Shown here piece by piece: positions 25,590 through 38,249 of a stretch of 64,000 nt of DNA. The stretch covers positions 31,156 through 95,155 of the forward strand of contig NW_021833008.1 of NCBI RefSeq assembly GCF_006345805.1. The letters are read 5' to 3'. Below the pieces are notes generated by a model. The model searched no databases. It was not told where the DNA came from and saw nothing but the letters and a program-made list of their open reading frames with translations. A program made the position numbers and the translations under genes. The stretch's first letter is position 1, and every line of letters starts with the position of its first letter. This DNA comes from Octopus sinensis (Eukaryota).

Positions 25590-26400
25590 TATGTAAATTC
25601 TTGTATAGTGATGACTTTCATATTTATCTTGATGCTCACTCCCAGAATGATAGGCAGCATCTTATGGACTCCTTTTCAACAGCATGCAATGCATTGAGCC
25701 TAACAACCAGCCTACAAAAGACAGTCATAATATACCAATCTGCACAAGGTAAAGCCTACTCTTGTGTTTATCTATATGGACAGAAATTGTTGCTTGTGGA
25801 AAAATTTTTGTATTTAGACAGTACTGTGAAAATGACGAATATTCTTGATAATGAAATTTCCCTCCATATCAAGAAAGCCTGTGATGCATTTGGAAAATTT
25901 GTTAGAAGTTTAGGGTCTTGGTATGGAATTTCAGTTGTGACAAAATCAAAAGTCTGCAATACTTGTAATGTTGTTTTTATTGCGATCGTCTTGTCAGATC
26001 TTTGTTATTTACTAGAAACATATGAATAGGCTGTCATCTACTAAATGCTCAGTAACAAACATAAGTGACAAATTCCTTGAATTCAATAAGCCTAGTTTCT
26101 AGCTATAGTTTCTAGTAGTTGAAGATTATGATGCAGTGGTTATATGGTCAAGATGGAAGACGGTTGGATTCCTTAGCAATTTATATGTTGTAAGTTTGGT
26201 CAGGGTAAAAGACCAGCACACAATCTTAAATGAAATAAGAACTGCATCAAGAATATATTGGAAAAGATTAAAATGTTGGAAAATGGAAGAGACATCATTC
26301 TAGATCATTCATTATAGATAAAATCAGTGCATCATCACTGGAAGGAATTTGAATGAAATTGTACTGAGCATGAAAATCTCAAGAGAGATGTTCATAAGGG
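25590..26400 (+). mobile_element. Old RTE (BovB-like) RT C-terminal fragment
   Basis: ORF 25601-26029 YSDDF..AHSQNDRQHLMDSFSTACNALSL..SLQKT, KFLYLDST, IKKACDAFGK. Confidence 0.75.
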
Positions 26401-26995
26401 TCTTGATGTTAATCTGCCTGAGAATGTTGGTTTAACATGTAACAAATGTGGTTGTTTCTAAGACAGACATACCATAGAAGTCACCAGAGAAGCCACACAC
26501 ACACAGAGGAACATTATTAACTATACATTGTGCAGCATCTCTTCTTGCAGTGAATGTGGAAAAGAATGTGCATCAGGAGACAGAGTGAAATGCCATGACA
26601 ATTCACCAAAGCAATACTATAACACCATCATTGGTGCCCATCATTGTGATATATCAAAAGCCACATCAATGTTGCTTATGTTCAAAAGAACTATCAAGTA
26701 GTGGCATTATTTGAAATGAAGTTGCAACTATTATATATTTGTGTGTGTGAGAGAGAGAGAGAGAGAGATAGAAGAAAAAATATTACTATACTGCTGAGTA
26801 TTGTGCCTTATTTTATGAAAATTACAAAATGGTTTTTACCTTCAAAAGAGAAATGCAAGTTGTACATATATGTGTTCATATACAAGCACATATGTCATTA
26901 TAGTATATTCTACATATACTCAGTACTATATACTGTGTATTGGTATGTATGTATGTATGTATGTATGTTGTGCTGCTGGACTTGGTGTTCTGGAT

Positions 26996-27044
26996 ATGGT
27001 GCTGAGGAGGGAGCAGTAACTTCCTGAAGTATGTATACACCCAT
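26996..27044 (+). ncRNA. Decayed minimal type I hammerhead-ribozyme motif
   Basis: atggtg-CTGAGGA-gggag cagtaa cttcct-GAAG-T ATGT A-TA-cacccat: stems I and II pair; core deviates at A15.1. Confidence 0.55.
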
Positions 27045-27689
27045 TACCTGTTTTTCCGTCTTCGTTTGCATTGTTTACATGAATATGTTCATGTGAAAAG
27101 TGTTGTAACTTTCAGTACTGGCTCTAGAGTCTGACTTGTTGAAAATCTGTGTTTATTTCTCACAAAAAGCTTTTCATATCCTCTCTTAATTATTGTCTGG
27201 ATGGTGTTTGTATTTTCTTTCTAAAGTTGGGATCCTTCATTTGCTTGCAATGTGCCCACCCTTCCAGCCCCACTATCTATACCCACTCTACTCATTCCCA
27301 TCCCCAACACCTATACCCTTTCACCACCCACTATACCTACACCCTTTACTCGTTCTGAAAACCTATCTTCTGTACCAGAATCTCTCTTAACAACCCTTCT
27401 GTTGCTCTTCCCTCCTTTTTTCTCTCTCAGTAGTGTCTCACCTCTGTTACTGTAATATGAATGCTATAGCTTGTATGCTTTGCACCAAAATGTAACTGAA
27501 GAGAACCTATCAATTAACTAATCAACTAATAAATTTTGATTTATCTTAGTATTAAGTAGGATTGTAAAGCACACTCACCTCCAGTAGATGCAGCAAATGT
27601 GACATGAATGAATAATGGTTGATTAACTGTGAGGACAACTGACATGTGTGTTACTGGCAAATGCTTGTTGAAAGTTTCTTTTTAGATGC

Positions 27690-28575
27690 TGTATGCTGTC
27701 ACCCATCCCTGTTCCCTCCTACCTCCGATTTCACTTCCTTACAGTTGGCACTGTCACTGTAGGCACATTGAAAGGTAGGTCTGGTGAGATAGTTGAGATG
27801 TCTCAGTGGAAGTGTGCCAATATGTGTTGTATTCAAGAAGAAGGGTGGAGGGGAGCTTCATCCAGGTTCCTCACAGGCAAAGAACATAAGTATAAAATCT
27901 TCTAGGAAGACAATAATGGTGGGGTAGGTGGTGTTAGCATACTTTTATTTAATAAATTGGTGGATAAGGTAATTGAGGTACTCAGACTGTGAGAGAGGAT
28001 ATTTAAGCTTAGATTAGTTACACAAGGTAGTACAGCAACAATTATTTCCACCTGTGCTCCTCAACCATATCTACCAAATGAACAAGAGGATCGATTTTGC
28101 AGACTGCTTCAAGGACAAATGCCAGTGACCTTATTTTCATGACTGGTGACTTCAGTGGACATGTTGGACAGCATCCAGTTGGCTTCGGTGGTGTACATGG
28201 TGTACCTTCTGGGGTGAGAAATCTACCCCTTATCATAGGTTAGTCATTAGTGACCTCAGACTTCAGGCTAGAAGAATTCCAAGAAGCAGACCAGTCTAGA
28301 AAAGAAGGATTTGGAAGCTTAAGGATCAGTGATTTAAAGACACTTTAAATGAAGCATTTGATGAAGAAAGGTTACAGAAATGTAACCTAGAGGACAACTT
28401 GGAGTTTCTACAGGTTAATTTAGTGAGAGCCACTGATCAAATTTGTGCCTGGTGCAAAGTCCCAACTAGATGTAGGGACATGGTTGTAGGACAGTGTAGT
28501 AGACAGGGCCATTCGACAAAGAAACAGGCCTGGAAGAATTGGAAGAGTAGTGGCATCAGAGAACTATATTAGATA
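27690..28575 (+). mobile_element. Old RTE LINE 5' (endonuclease) fragment
   Basis: VGTVTVGTLKGRSGEIVEM...CCIQE..WRGASSRFLTGKEHKYKIF. Confidence 0.75.
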
Positions 28576-28679
28576 GACTGAAAGGAATTAAATTTTGTTC
28601 GATTATTATTGTAAAAATATTGATTTCTATATTTGTTATTTGATAATTATAAGTTACGATATGTATATATATTTCATCA

Positions 28680-31325
28680 TTATCATGATCATCATCGTTT
28701 AACGTCCGCTTTCCATGCTAGCATGGGTTGGATGATTTGACTGAGGACTGGTGGACCAGATGGATGCACGAGGCTCGAATCTGATCTGGCAGAATTTCTA
28801 CAGCTGGATGCTCTTCCTAACGCCAACCACTCCAAGAGTGTAGTGGGTGTTTTTATGTGCCACAAGCAAGAGGGCCAGTCAGGCAGTACTGGCAACGGCC
28901 ATGCTCAAATGGTGTTTTTACATACCACCTGCACAGGAGCCAGTCCAGTGTCACTGGCAATGACATTGCTCGAATGTTCTTTTATGTGCCACTGGCACAA
29001 GTGCCAGTAAGGTGACGCTGGTAACGATCACGCTCAAATGGTACTTTTTACATGCCCCTTGCATGGAAGTCAGTTAGCTACTCTGGCAATGATCATGCTC
29101 GGATGGGGCTCTTAGCGCTCCACTAGCATGGATGCCAGTTATCGAATTTGATTTTGATTTCACTTGCCTCAACAGGTCTTCGCAAGCAGAGATTAGTGTT
29201 CAGAGAAGGAAAAGGTACGCAGAAGTGGGCTGGTTACACCCCTGGCACAGGCAAACGAGGTTATGGTCTCATTTGGCTTGCCGGGTCTTCTCAAGCACAG
29301 CATATTTCCTAAGGTCTTGGTCACTAGTCATTGCCTCGGTGAAGCCTAAAGTTCAAAGGTCGTGCTTCACCACTTCACCCCAGGTCTTCCTAGGTCTGCC
29401 TCTTCCACAGGTTCACTCAACAACGAGGGTGTGGCACTTTTTCACACAGCTATCATCATCCATTCACGCCACATGACTATACCAGCACAGTTGTCTCTCT
29501 TGCACTTTAGATCTGATGCTTCTTAGGTCCAACTTTTCTCTCAAGATACTTAAACTCTGTCAAGTATGCACACTGACATTACACATCCATCAGAGCATAC
29601 TGGCTTCATTCTTCGCGAGCTTACTCATGTCCTCAGCAGTCACGGCCCATGTTTCACTGCCATGTAGCATGGCTGTCTGTACACATGCGTCATACTGTCT
29701 ACCTTTTACTCTGAATGTAAGAGCTCTCTGAACTTTGCCCAGGCTATTCTTTTTCTAGCAGCTACACTTTCAGCGCACCCTCCTCCGCAACTGACTTGGT
29801 CACCTAGGTAATGGAAGCTATCAACTACTAGTTTTTCTCCCTGGAACATGGTGGAAGTTGTTCTCTGCACATTTTCAGTGTTTATTGCTCCTGAGCATCT
29901 GCCACATACAAAAACTATCTTCCCAGTTAGCCTTCCTTTGATATTGCTGCACCTCTTATGTGTCCATAGTTTACACTGGGTTCATCTTATAGAGTATCTA
30001 CCTATGCCTTTTCTACAGATCGAGCAAAGCCATCTACCTGAAGGGATTTGTGATTTGTCTGCCCCCCCTTATTAGGAATTTTGGTTTTAGCTAGGTTGAC
30101 TCTAGTTTTGATAGTGACTCAGCAATTAGGGCAAGGTCATCAGCATAGGGGAGCTCCCAGGGGCATCCTGTCTTGAATTCGTCTGTTATTGCCTGGAGGA
30201 CTATGATAAATAGGAGGAGACTGAGGACTGAACCTTGGTGGGCCTGTACCTTTATCTGGAATTCGTCACTGTATTCATTGCCAACCCTCACCTTACTGAC
30301 AGCGTCCCTGTACTTAGATTGCACAGCTCTTACTAACCATTCATCTATCCCTAGTTTCCTCATTGGCCACCAGATAAGGGATCAGGAAAACCCTGTTAAA
30401 GGCTTTCTCCATGTCAACGAAAGGCAGGTACAGAGGTTTATCTTTGGCTAAGTATTTCTCCTGCAGCTGTCTCACCACAAATATAGCATCAGAGGTGCTT
30501 TTTCCTGGCATGAACCCAAACTGTGACCCTCTCTGTGACCTTCATTACCTGATCCAACAGCTTGATATCTCTGTAATTATTTGTATCTAAAGCATCACCT
30601 TTACCTTTGTAGCAGTTGACTATAGTGCTGCTACACCAGTCATTGGGTATGACTCCTTCATGTATTACCTGGTTAACTATACAGGTGGCTAGGCTATAGC
30701 CAACACTGCCAGATATTTTGAGCATTTCTGCAGTGATTCCTGATGGGCCGGTGGGTTTTCCCTGTCTTCATACTCTTAATTGCTTTATCTACCAATGTAC
30801 TGTCAACTCGGATTGCTGGTCCCTCTGTTGGGTTGACATTCGGCAAACTCTATTTCTCTCATTCATTTTCTTTATTGAGCAACCTTTCATAGTGGCGTCT
30901 CTTTGCAGCCTAGTTTAGTGCAAGTGAACCATTATCCATGCAGACACATTTCTCTCCTACCACTTCACGATTCTGTCTCACACACTGTCTTGCAACACGA
31001 AATATCTCAAGTCGTTGGTCCTTACGGTGCAGAACATTGGCAAATTTTTCCTTATCCGCTTCCCCTCTAGCTAAATAAATCTGTCTCCTAGCTTCCCAGT
31101 CTGATACAATTCCCTGTTACCACCATTCTTCTAGTCCTTCCTTCCAAGCCTGTTTCTTTTGTCTAACAGCCCTGTCAACAACATTGTTCCACCACCATGT
31201 TATTTTGGATCAAGAGGGAACTTTGCACCAGCCACAGATCTGGTCAGTGGCCCTCAGCAGGTCCCATAGAAACCTCCAGTTGTCTTCTGTGAAGCTATAT
31301 CCCCTTCTATTTCGTCAAAGGCTTC
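28680..31325 (-). mobile_element. Degenerate RTE LINE with internal deletions, 3' UTR and (GAT)n tail
   Basis: Minus ORFs 30091-30363 (LPYADD) and 30489-30725 (NYRDIKLL); tail at 28680-28720. Confidence 0.9.
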
Positions 31326-31498
31326 AAGTAATATGTCTTATTTTTATTATTGTCATTATCTTGTGAATGATAATCTTAACGTATTACATAAATTTACATT
31401 GGGAAATAGTTTTGTAAGACAAAATCTTATTGAATGGGTAGGAATTTTTATTTGTTATGTAATATTGCATTTAAGTAAATACTTTTAATAATAATAGG

Positions 31499-31707
31499 AA
31501 CTTTGAATAATTCTATTAATGAGTGTAACATTAAATCTATATATAAATTTATTATATAAGTTTAACTAATTTCATCATCAACATCATTATCGTTTAACAT
31601 CCGTTTTAAACGATGATGATGATGATGATGATGAAATTAGTTAAACTTATATAATAAATTTATATATAGATTTAATGTTACACTCATTAATAGAATTATT
31701 CAAAGTT
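31499..31707. repeat. Perfect inverted repeat with 82-bp arms (31499-31580 / 31626-31707)
   Basis: Arms checked base by base as exact reverse complements; spacer contains LINE/SINE-tail sequence in both orientations. Confidence 0.95.
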
Positions 31708-31788
31708 TGTGTGTATATATTTGAACCATTTTTCTATTTTTAATTATTGTAGTTATAGTTTGTAGTAGTATTATGTATATAAGTTAGA

Positions 31789-33480
31789 ATGAAGTTTTTT
31801 AGTATATATTACATAATTAGAATAAGATTTCCCACTGATATTGACGTTAGAGAAGCGAACGAAGTTGACTCTCAACATAAAATCTCGGACATAACCTTCA
31901 CTGCCACTGACATCATAGCAGCAATAAATGAGGTCAAATACTACTCTGCTGTAGGCCCTGATAGATTCCCCGCTAGTCTCCTGAAGGAATGTAGACACCA
32001 ACTTGCAGTCCCTCTGACCAACCTCTGGAGAAATTCGTTAGATGCAGGTTATATACCGAAACAGTTTCTATCCCAGTCAATCATCCCGGTTTTCAAACAG
32101 GGAAACAGATCCCTCGCACTCAACTATCGTCCAATCTCACTCACCTCTCACATCATCAAAGTGTTTGAAAGAGTGTTAAGATCAAGGATGGCTGACTTCC
32201 TGGAGACCCAGAAACTCCTAAATGCAAATCAGCATGGCTTTCGCTGTGGCAGGGACTGTCTAACACAGCTCTTACACCACATTGAAGATGTACTCAAAGC
32301 CTTGGGAACAGGTTCGAACTCTGATGTCATATATCTTGACTTCAGTAAAGCGTTCGACAGGGTAGACCATAATATCCTACTCTCAAAATTGGCAAATGTT
32401 GGAATCCGTGGAAAAGTTCTACACTGGATCAAGTATTTCCTGGCGAATAGAACACGACATGTTGTAGTTGATGGAGTCCACTCAAGCCCAGCAAAAGTCA
32501 CCAGCGGTGTCCCCCAGGGAACTGTCTTGGGTCCGCTACTCTTCATAATCTACATAAACGACCTTTCCAGTGTCGTACATTACTGCAAAGTGAAAATATT
32601 TGCTGATGACACCAAGCTCCAGCAAATCGTCAATGAAGAAGCAGACCGAACTCAACTCCAGTCTGATCTATATGCTGTGAGTCAATGGGCAGACAGAAAC
32701 AAAATGCAACTGAACGAGGGAAAATTTGAGCTGATGCATTTTGGAAGAAATTCCTCACTAAAACAGCCATACTCTCTTCCTTCAGGGGAACCGCTCACAG
32801 CCTCTAACAACATCAGAGACCTAGGTGTAATTGTTGATGACGATCTCAGTTGGAGTGCACACATCAACAAGAAGGTCGATATAGCTCGTAGGATGAGTTC
32901 CTGGATCTTAAGAACTTTCCGGTCCAGAGAACAAGGTGTCATCATACCACTCTTCTCCTTTGTACGGCCACACCTCGAATACTGCTGCCCACTGTGGTCT
33001 CCCCATACAAGACAAAACATCTCGAGGATTGAATCACCCCAGAGAGCACTCACTAAACGAATTGAAGGCATGGCTGCTCTCGATTATTGGGATCGCCTTA
33101 AAGCCTTGAAACTCTACTCTCTCCAGCGTCGCCGTGAGCGGTACATCATTTGTACGATGTGGAGAATATACCGCCAACTTTGCCCAAACGACCTGAACAT
33201 TAGCTTCAAGGTTCATCCAAGACTGGGACCACGAGCCATACGTCCCCTGCCCAATTCAAGATCACACCATACATATACACTACAACATAATTTCTTTTCC
33301 TCAACAGGCCCTGCCCTATTTAACATTGTCCCGAAAGAGATCAAAGAGGAACAGGATCCCATCAACTGTAAACGGAGTCTGGATAGATTCCTTCAAGGAA
33401 TACCAGATAAGCCACCCATAATTGGATACAACTCACCCAACAAAAACTCACTACTTGAATGGACCATAAGCAAAACTTGA
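31789..33480 (+). CDS. CR1-type LINE ORF2, 5'-truncated, uninterrupted RT to C-terminus (563 aa; the first ~15 residues are probably flank)
   Basis: NYRPISLTS, NQHGFR, YLDFSKAFDRV, SGVPQGTVLGPLLF, IFADDTK, RDLGV, LEYCCPLWSP, LYSLQRRRER. Confidence 0.92.
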   Translation: MKFFSIYYIIRIRFPTDIDVREANEVDSQHKISDITFTATDIIAAINEVKYYSAVGPDRFPASLLKECRHQLAVPLTNLWRNSLDAGYIPKQFLSQSIIPVFKQGNRSLALNYRPISLTSHIIKVFERVLRSRMADFLETQKLLNANQHGFRCGRDCLTQLLHHIEDVLKALGTGSNSDVIYLDFSKAFDRVDHNILLSKLANVGIRGKVLHWIKYFLANRTRHVVVDGVHSSPAKVTSGVPQGTVLGPLLFIIYINDLSSVVHYCKVKIFADDTKLQQIVNEEADRTQLQSDLYAVSQWADRNKMQLNEGKFELMHFGRNSSLKQPYSLPSGEPLTASNNIRDLGVIVDDDLSWSAHINKKVDIARRMSSWILRTFRSREQGVIIPLFSFVRPHLEYCCPLWSPHTRQNISRIESPQRALTKRIEGMAALDYWDRLKALKLYSLQRRRERYIICTMWRIYRQLCPNDLNISFKVHPRLGPRAIRPLPNSRSHHTYTLQHNFFSSTGPALFNIVPKEIKEEQDPINCKRSLDRFLQGIPDKPPIIGYNSPNKNSLLEWTISKT

Positions 33481-33590
33481 CTTAAACAGGATTCAAATAA
33501 TCCTATCAGGTGGTGCTATTAAGTTAGACATGGCCTGGACCAATCATTGGTCGAAACACATCTAAGTTTATCTAAGTTTAAGTTTATATA
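33481..33590 (+). other. CR1 3' UTR with terminal stem-loop and short (TCTAAGTTTA) tandem tail
   Basis: gaccaat-c-attggtc hairpin followed by tctaagtttatctaagtttaagttta. Confidence 0.7.
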
Positions 33591-33665
33591 AATAATTTAA
33601 TGGATATAGATTAAATTATTGTATTTTAGCTTCACTTAATGTATATTATGTATTTTATATATATA

Positions 33666-36600
33666 TCTCTATATATATAAAACTGAGAATGTGTGTCTGT
33701 CTGTCTGTGTGTTTCCCTAAAACTTGAGAACTACACAACCAATTTCATTCAAATTTTACACATGCTTTACTTAGAGTCTGGGGAGTATCATCAGCAAAAA
33801 ATATTTTTTACTTCATGCCTAGGGTGAGCCCACAGTAATATCATATCTTCTCCACTACGATTCCCTAAAACTTGAGAACTACACAACCAATTTCATTCAA
33901 ATTTTACACATGCCTTACTTAGGGTCCATGTAGTTTCATGGACAAAAAAAATGTTCAACTTCTTGCCTAGAGCAAGCCCATAGCTATATCATATCTTGTC
34001 CACTATTTCAGTATTATGTGTTAAAAGTGAAACAAAAACATTTCTCTATTTTATGTCAGATGCTTTCACTTTAACAATAAAAATAATAATAACAATTGAA
34101 TTATATGTAGTAAGTAGTAATTAAAATCAAACTAAAGTATAATATAATTGTAACATAACAAAAGTAAAAATAGCAATTGGTATAAAATTGCATCAATGAC
34201 TTGAACTTCAATAAGTGGCTTCACATGAATGGGAATAAATTGAAAATAAAATTAGCGTGCAGAAATGGAATAGTCCAGATGGACTATTATACATAAAGGA
34301 CTATAGCTTCAACTGCATACAATTGTTATTATTATTACTGTTTAACTATTGTTATCACGTTTGTTGGTTCCTCGTAAGGGAAACGTTGTTGTGCTGCATT
34401 TGTTAAATAATTGTAAACTGTAACCTTCCCCCTTTGGGAGAAGGAGCTTTGGTTATTGTTTAAAAATTGAATTGTATCCCTGTTTGGGGAAATTGACAAT
34501 ATTTTCACCGTTTACACGGAAGCATTATTGTTAGAATGCCGTCAATAGAAGAAAGTCCAAAAATGAATTTCACTGAAGCCGTCGGCAGGTGCAAACTCAT
34601 TAAAATTAAAATGGAAGAAATACAAGCCTATTTCGGAATGATTACTGACAAAGACGGTGAATCTAGGATAACACCAACAAACAAAATAAAAAATTAAATT
34701 AAAGAAAAGACTATTGTCTATAAAATATACAATGTAGAGAAAAAAAAAAGATTTGAACACCTGGAGGAAAGCACCATCGAAAAGTGTCTTGGTGCGACTA
34801 TGAAAGATATAACTTTGTATTTTGTATTTTAAGTGTAGATGTATATATATATAGATGTACATGTAATATGTACACATATATACATGCACTAGTACTATGA
34901 CCCAGCAATGACAGGTCATAATGCTTGTATATATGTATATATTGTTTTAATTATTTTGTTTTAATTACTTTTAATTTTCGTTATTTTTTCTTCTATAAGC
35001 TAAAATATATTTTCATAGATGAAATAAATATTTCTATCTATTTATTCTAGTTTTATTTACACCATGTTTTTAATGATATAAATATATTATAAACACTTAG
35101 TCCTTTGTATTAAGTTTAAAGATTTAATAATCAGAATATATTCGATAAGATATTTCGTGTTTTTGTTTTAAGATATATTGTTGAATTTTGTTGGATTTTT
35201 TTATTAGAAAATTACATATTTTTATATATATATCTCTATATATATAAAACTGAGAATGTGTGTCTGTCTGTCTGTGTGTTTCCCTAAAACTTGAGAACTA
35301 CACAACCAATTTCATTCAAATTTTACACATGCTTTACTTAGAGTCTGGGGAGTATCATCAGCAAAAAATATTTTTTACTTCATGCCTAGGGTGAGCCCAC
35401 AGTAATATCATATCTTCTCCACTACGATTCCCTAAAACTTGAGAACTACACAACCAATTTCATTCAAATTTTACACATGCCTTACTTAGGGTCCATGTAG
35501 TTTCATGGACAAAAAAAATGTTCAACTTCTTGCCTAGAGCAAGCCCATAGCTATATCATATCTTGTCCACTATTTCAGTATTATGTGTTAAAAGTGAAAC
35601 AAAAACATTTCTCTATTTTATGTCAGATGCTTTCACTTTAACAATAAAAATAATAATAACAATTGAATTATATGTAGTAAGTAGTAATTAAAATCAAACT
35701 AAAGTATAATATAATTGTAACATAACAAAAGTAAAAATAGCAATTGGTATAAAATTGCATCAATGACTTGAACTTCAATAAGTGGCTTCACATGAATGGG
35801 AATAAATTGAAAATAAAATTAGCGTGCAGAAATGGAATAGTCCAGATGGACTATTATACATAAAGGACTATAGCTTCAACTGCATACAATTGTTATTATT
35901 ATTACTGTTTAACTATTGTTATCACGTTTGTTGGTTCCTCGTAAGGGAAACGTTGTTGTGCTGCATTTGTTAAATAATTGTAAACTGTAACCTTCCCCCT
36001 TTGGGAGAAGGAGCTTTGGTTATTGTTTAAAAATTGAATTGTATCCCTGTTTGGGGAAATTGACAATATTTTCACCGTTTACACGGAAGCATTATTGTTA
36101 GAATGCCGTCAATAGAAGAAAGTCCAAAAATGAATTTCACTGAAGCCGTCGGCAGGTGCAAACTCATTAAAATTAAAATGGAAGAAATACAAGCCTATTT
36201 CGGAATGATTACTGACAAAGACGGTGAATCTAGGATAACACCAACAAACAAAATAAAAAATTAAATTAAAGAAAAGACTATTGTCTATAAAATATACAAT
36301 GTAGAGAAAAAAAAAAGATTTGAACACCTGGAGGAAAGCACCATCGAAAAGTGTCTTGGTGCGACTATGAAAGATATAACTTTGTATTTTGTATTTTAAG
36401 TGTAGATGTATATATATATAGATGTACATGTAATATGTACACATATATACATGCACTAGTACTATGACCCAGCAATGACAGGTCATAATGCTTGTATATA
36501 TGTATATATTGTTTTAATTATTTTGTTTTAATTACTTTTAATTTTCGTTATTTTTTCTTCTATAAGCTAAAATATATTTTCATAGATGAAATAAATATTT

Positions 36601-36798
36601 CTATCTATTTATTCTAGTTTTATTTACACCATGTTTTTAATGATATAAATATATTATAAACACTTAGTCCTTTGTATTAAGTTTAAAGATTTAATAATCA
36701 GAATATATTCGATAAGATATTTCGTGTTTTTGTTTTAAGATATATTGTTGAATTTTGTTGGATTTTTTTATTAGAAAATTACATATTTTTATATATAT
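33666..36798 (+). repeat. Direct tandem duplication of a 1567-bp unit beginning at a Helitron H2 5' end
   Basis: Starts at 33666 and 35233; identical ORFs 34542-34919 and 36109-36486 (offset 1567). Confidence 0.92.
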
Positions 36799-38180
36799 CA
36801 TCATCATCATCATCGTTTAGCGTCCGCTTTCCATGCTGGCATGGGTTGGATGGTGCAGCTGGGGTCTGGGAAGCCAGAAGGCTGCACCAGGCCCAGTCTG
36901 ATCTGGCAATGTTTCTATGGCTGGATGCCCTTCCTAACGCCAACCACTCCATGAGTGTAGTGGGTGCTTTTTACGTGCCACCTGCACAGGTGCCAGACAA
37001 GTCTGGCCAACGGCCACGGTCGGATGATGCTTTTTACGTGCCACCTGCACGGAGGCCAGGCCAGGCTGGCAACGGCCACGATTGGATGGTGCTTTTTACG
37101 TGCCACCGGCACGGAAGCCAGTCAGGGCAGCACTGGCAACGGCCACGTTCAGATGGTTCTCTTATGTGCCACCAGCACTGATATCACAGCAACAGTTTCC
37201 ATTCATGTTGATCAATTTTGATTTTTGATTTTTTCCATTTTTGATTTTTTGACTTTCACTTGCCTCAACAGGTCTTCACAAGTAGGGTTTCGTGTCCCAA
37301 GAAGGAAAGGTATGCATAAGTGGACTGAGGCCATGGATGATGGTCTCACTTGTCCTGCCGGGTCTTCTCACGCACAGCATACTTCCAAAGGTCTCGGTCT
37401 CTAGTCATTTCCTCGGTGAGACCTAAAGTTCGAAGGTCGTGCCTCACCACCTCATCCAGGTTTTCCTGGGTCTGCCTGTTCCACAGATTCCCTCAAGAGC
37501 TAGGGTGTGACACTTTTTCACACAACTATCTTCATCCATTCTCGCCACATGGCCATACCAGCGCAAACGTCTCTCTTGCACACCGCAACTGATGCTTCTT
37601 AGGTCCAACTTCTCTCTCAAGGTATTTACACTCTGTCGAGGATGAACACTGACATTACACATCCATTGGAGCATACTGGCTTCATTTCTTGCGAGCTTAC
37701 GCATATCCTCAGCAGTCACGGCCCATGTTTCACTGTCATGTAGCATGGCTGTTTGTACACAAGCATCATACAGTCTATCTTTTACTCTGAGCGAGAGGCC
37801 TTTTGTCCCTAGCAGAGGTAAGAGCTCTCTGAACTTTACCCAAGCTATTCTTACTCTAGCAGTTACACTTTCAACACACCCGCCCCCGCTACTGACTTGG
37901 TCACCTAGGTAACGGAAGCTATCAACTATTTCTAGTTTTTCTCCCTGGAAAGTGACGGAAGTTGGTCTCGGAGCATTTTCAGTGTTTATTGCTCCTGAGC
38001 ATCTTCCACATACAAGACGTTGCTGCACCTCTTGTGTGTCCATAGCTTACACTTGGTGCATCTTATAGAGTTTCTACCTACGCCTTTCCTACAGATCAAG
38101 CAAGGCCATCTACCTGAAGGCGTTTGTGACTTGTCTACCTTCCTACTTATTAGGACTTTGGTTTTAGCTAGGTTGACTAG
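36798..38180 (-). mobile_element. RTE LINE 3' fragment with UTR and tail
   Basis: Minus ORFs 37444-38043 and 37986-38222 match the intact RTE C-terminus; (CAT)n at 36798. Confidence 0.9.
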
Positions 38181-38249
38181 GTTGATATATTTATATTTTC
38201 TTATAAGGTAATATCCATACATTTATTTAATTATTTTATCGTTTTTATC

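Noticed and set aside
27690-31325. Opposed RTE fragments as a twin-priming inversion
   Set aside because: The plus fragment lies beyond the tail of the minus copy, and the two overlap in element coordinates with clear divergence; independent insertions are more likely.
32229-33216. Antisense ORFs over CR1, and similar ones over RTE and RepHel
   Set aside because: Shadow frames of the sense TE coding sequence.
33525-33565. Hairpin followed by GAAAC at the CR1 3' end
   Set aside because: No CUGANGA strand; better explained as the LINE terminal stem-loop.
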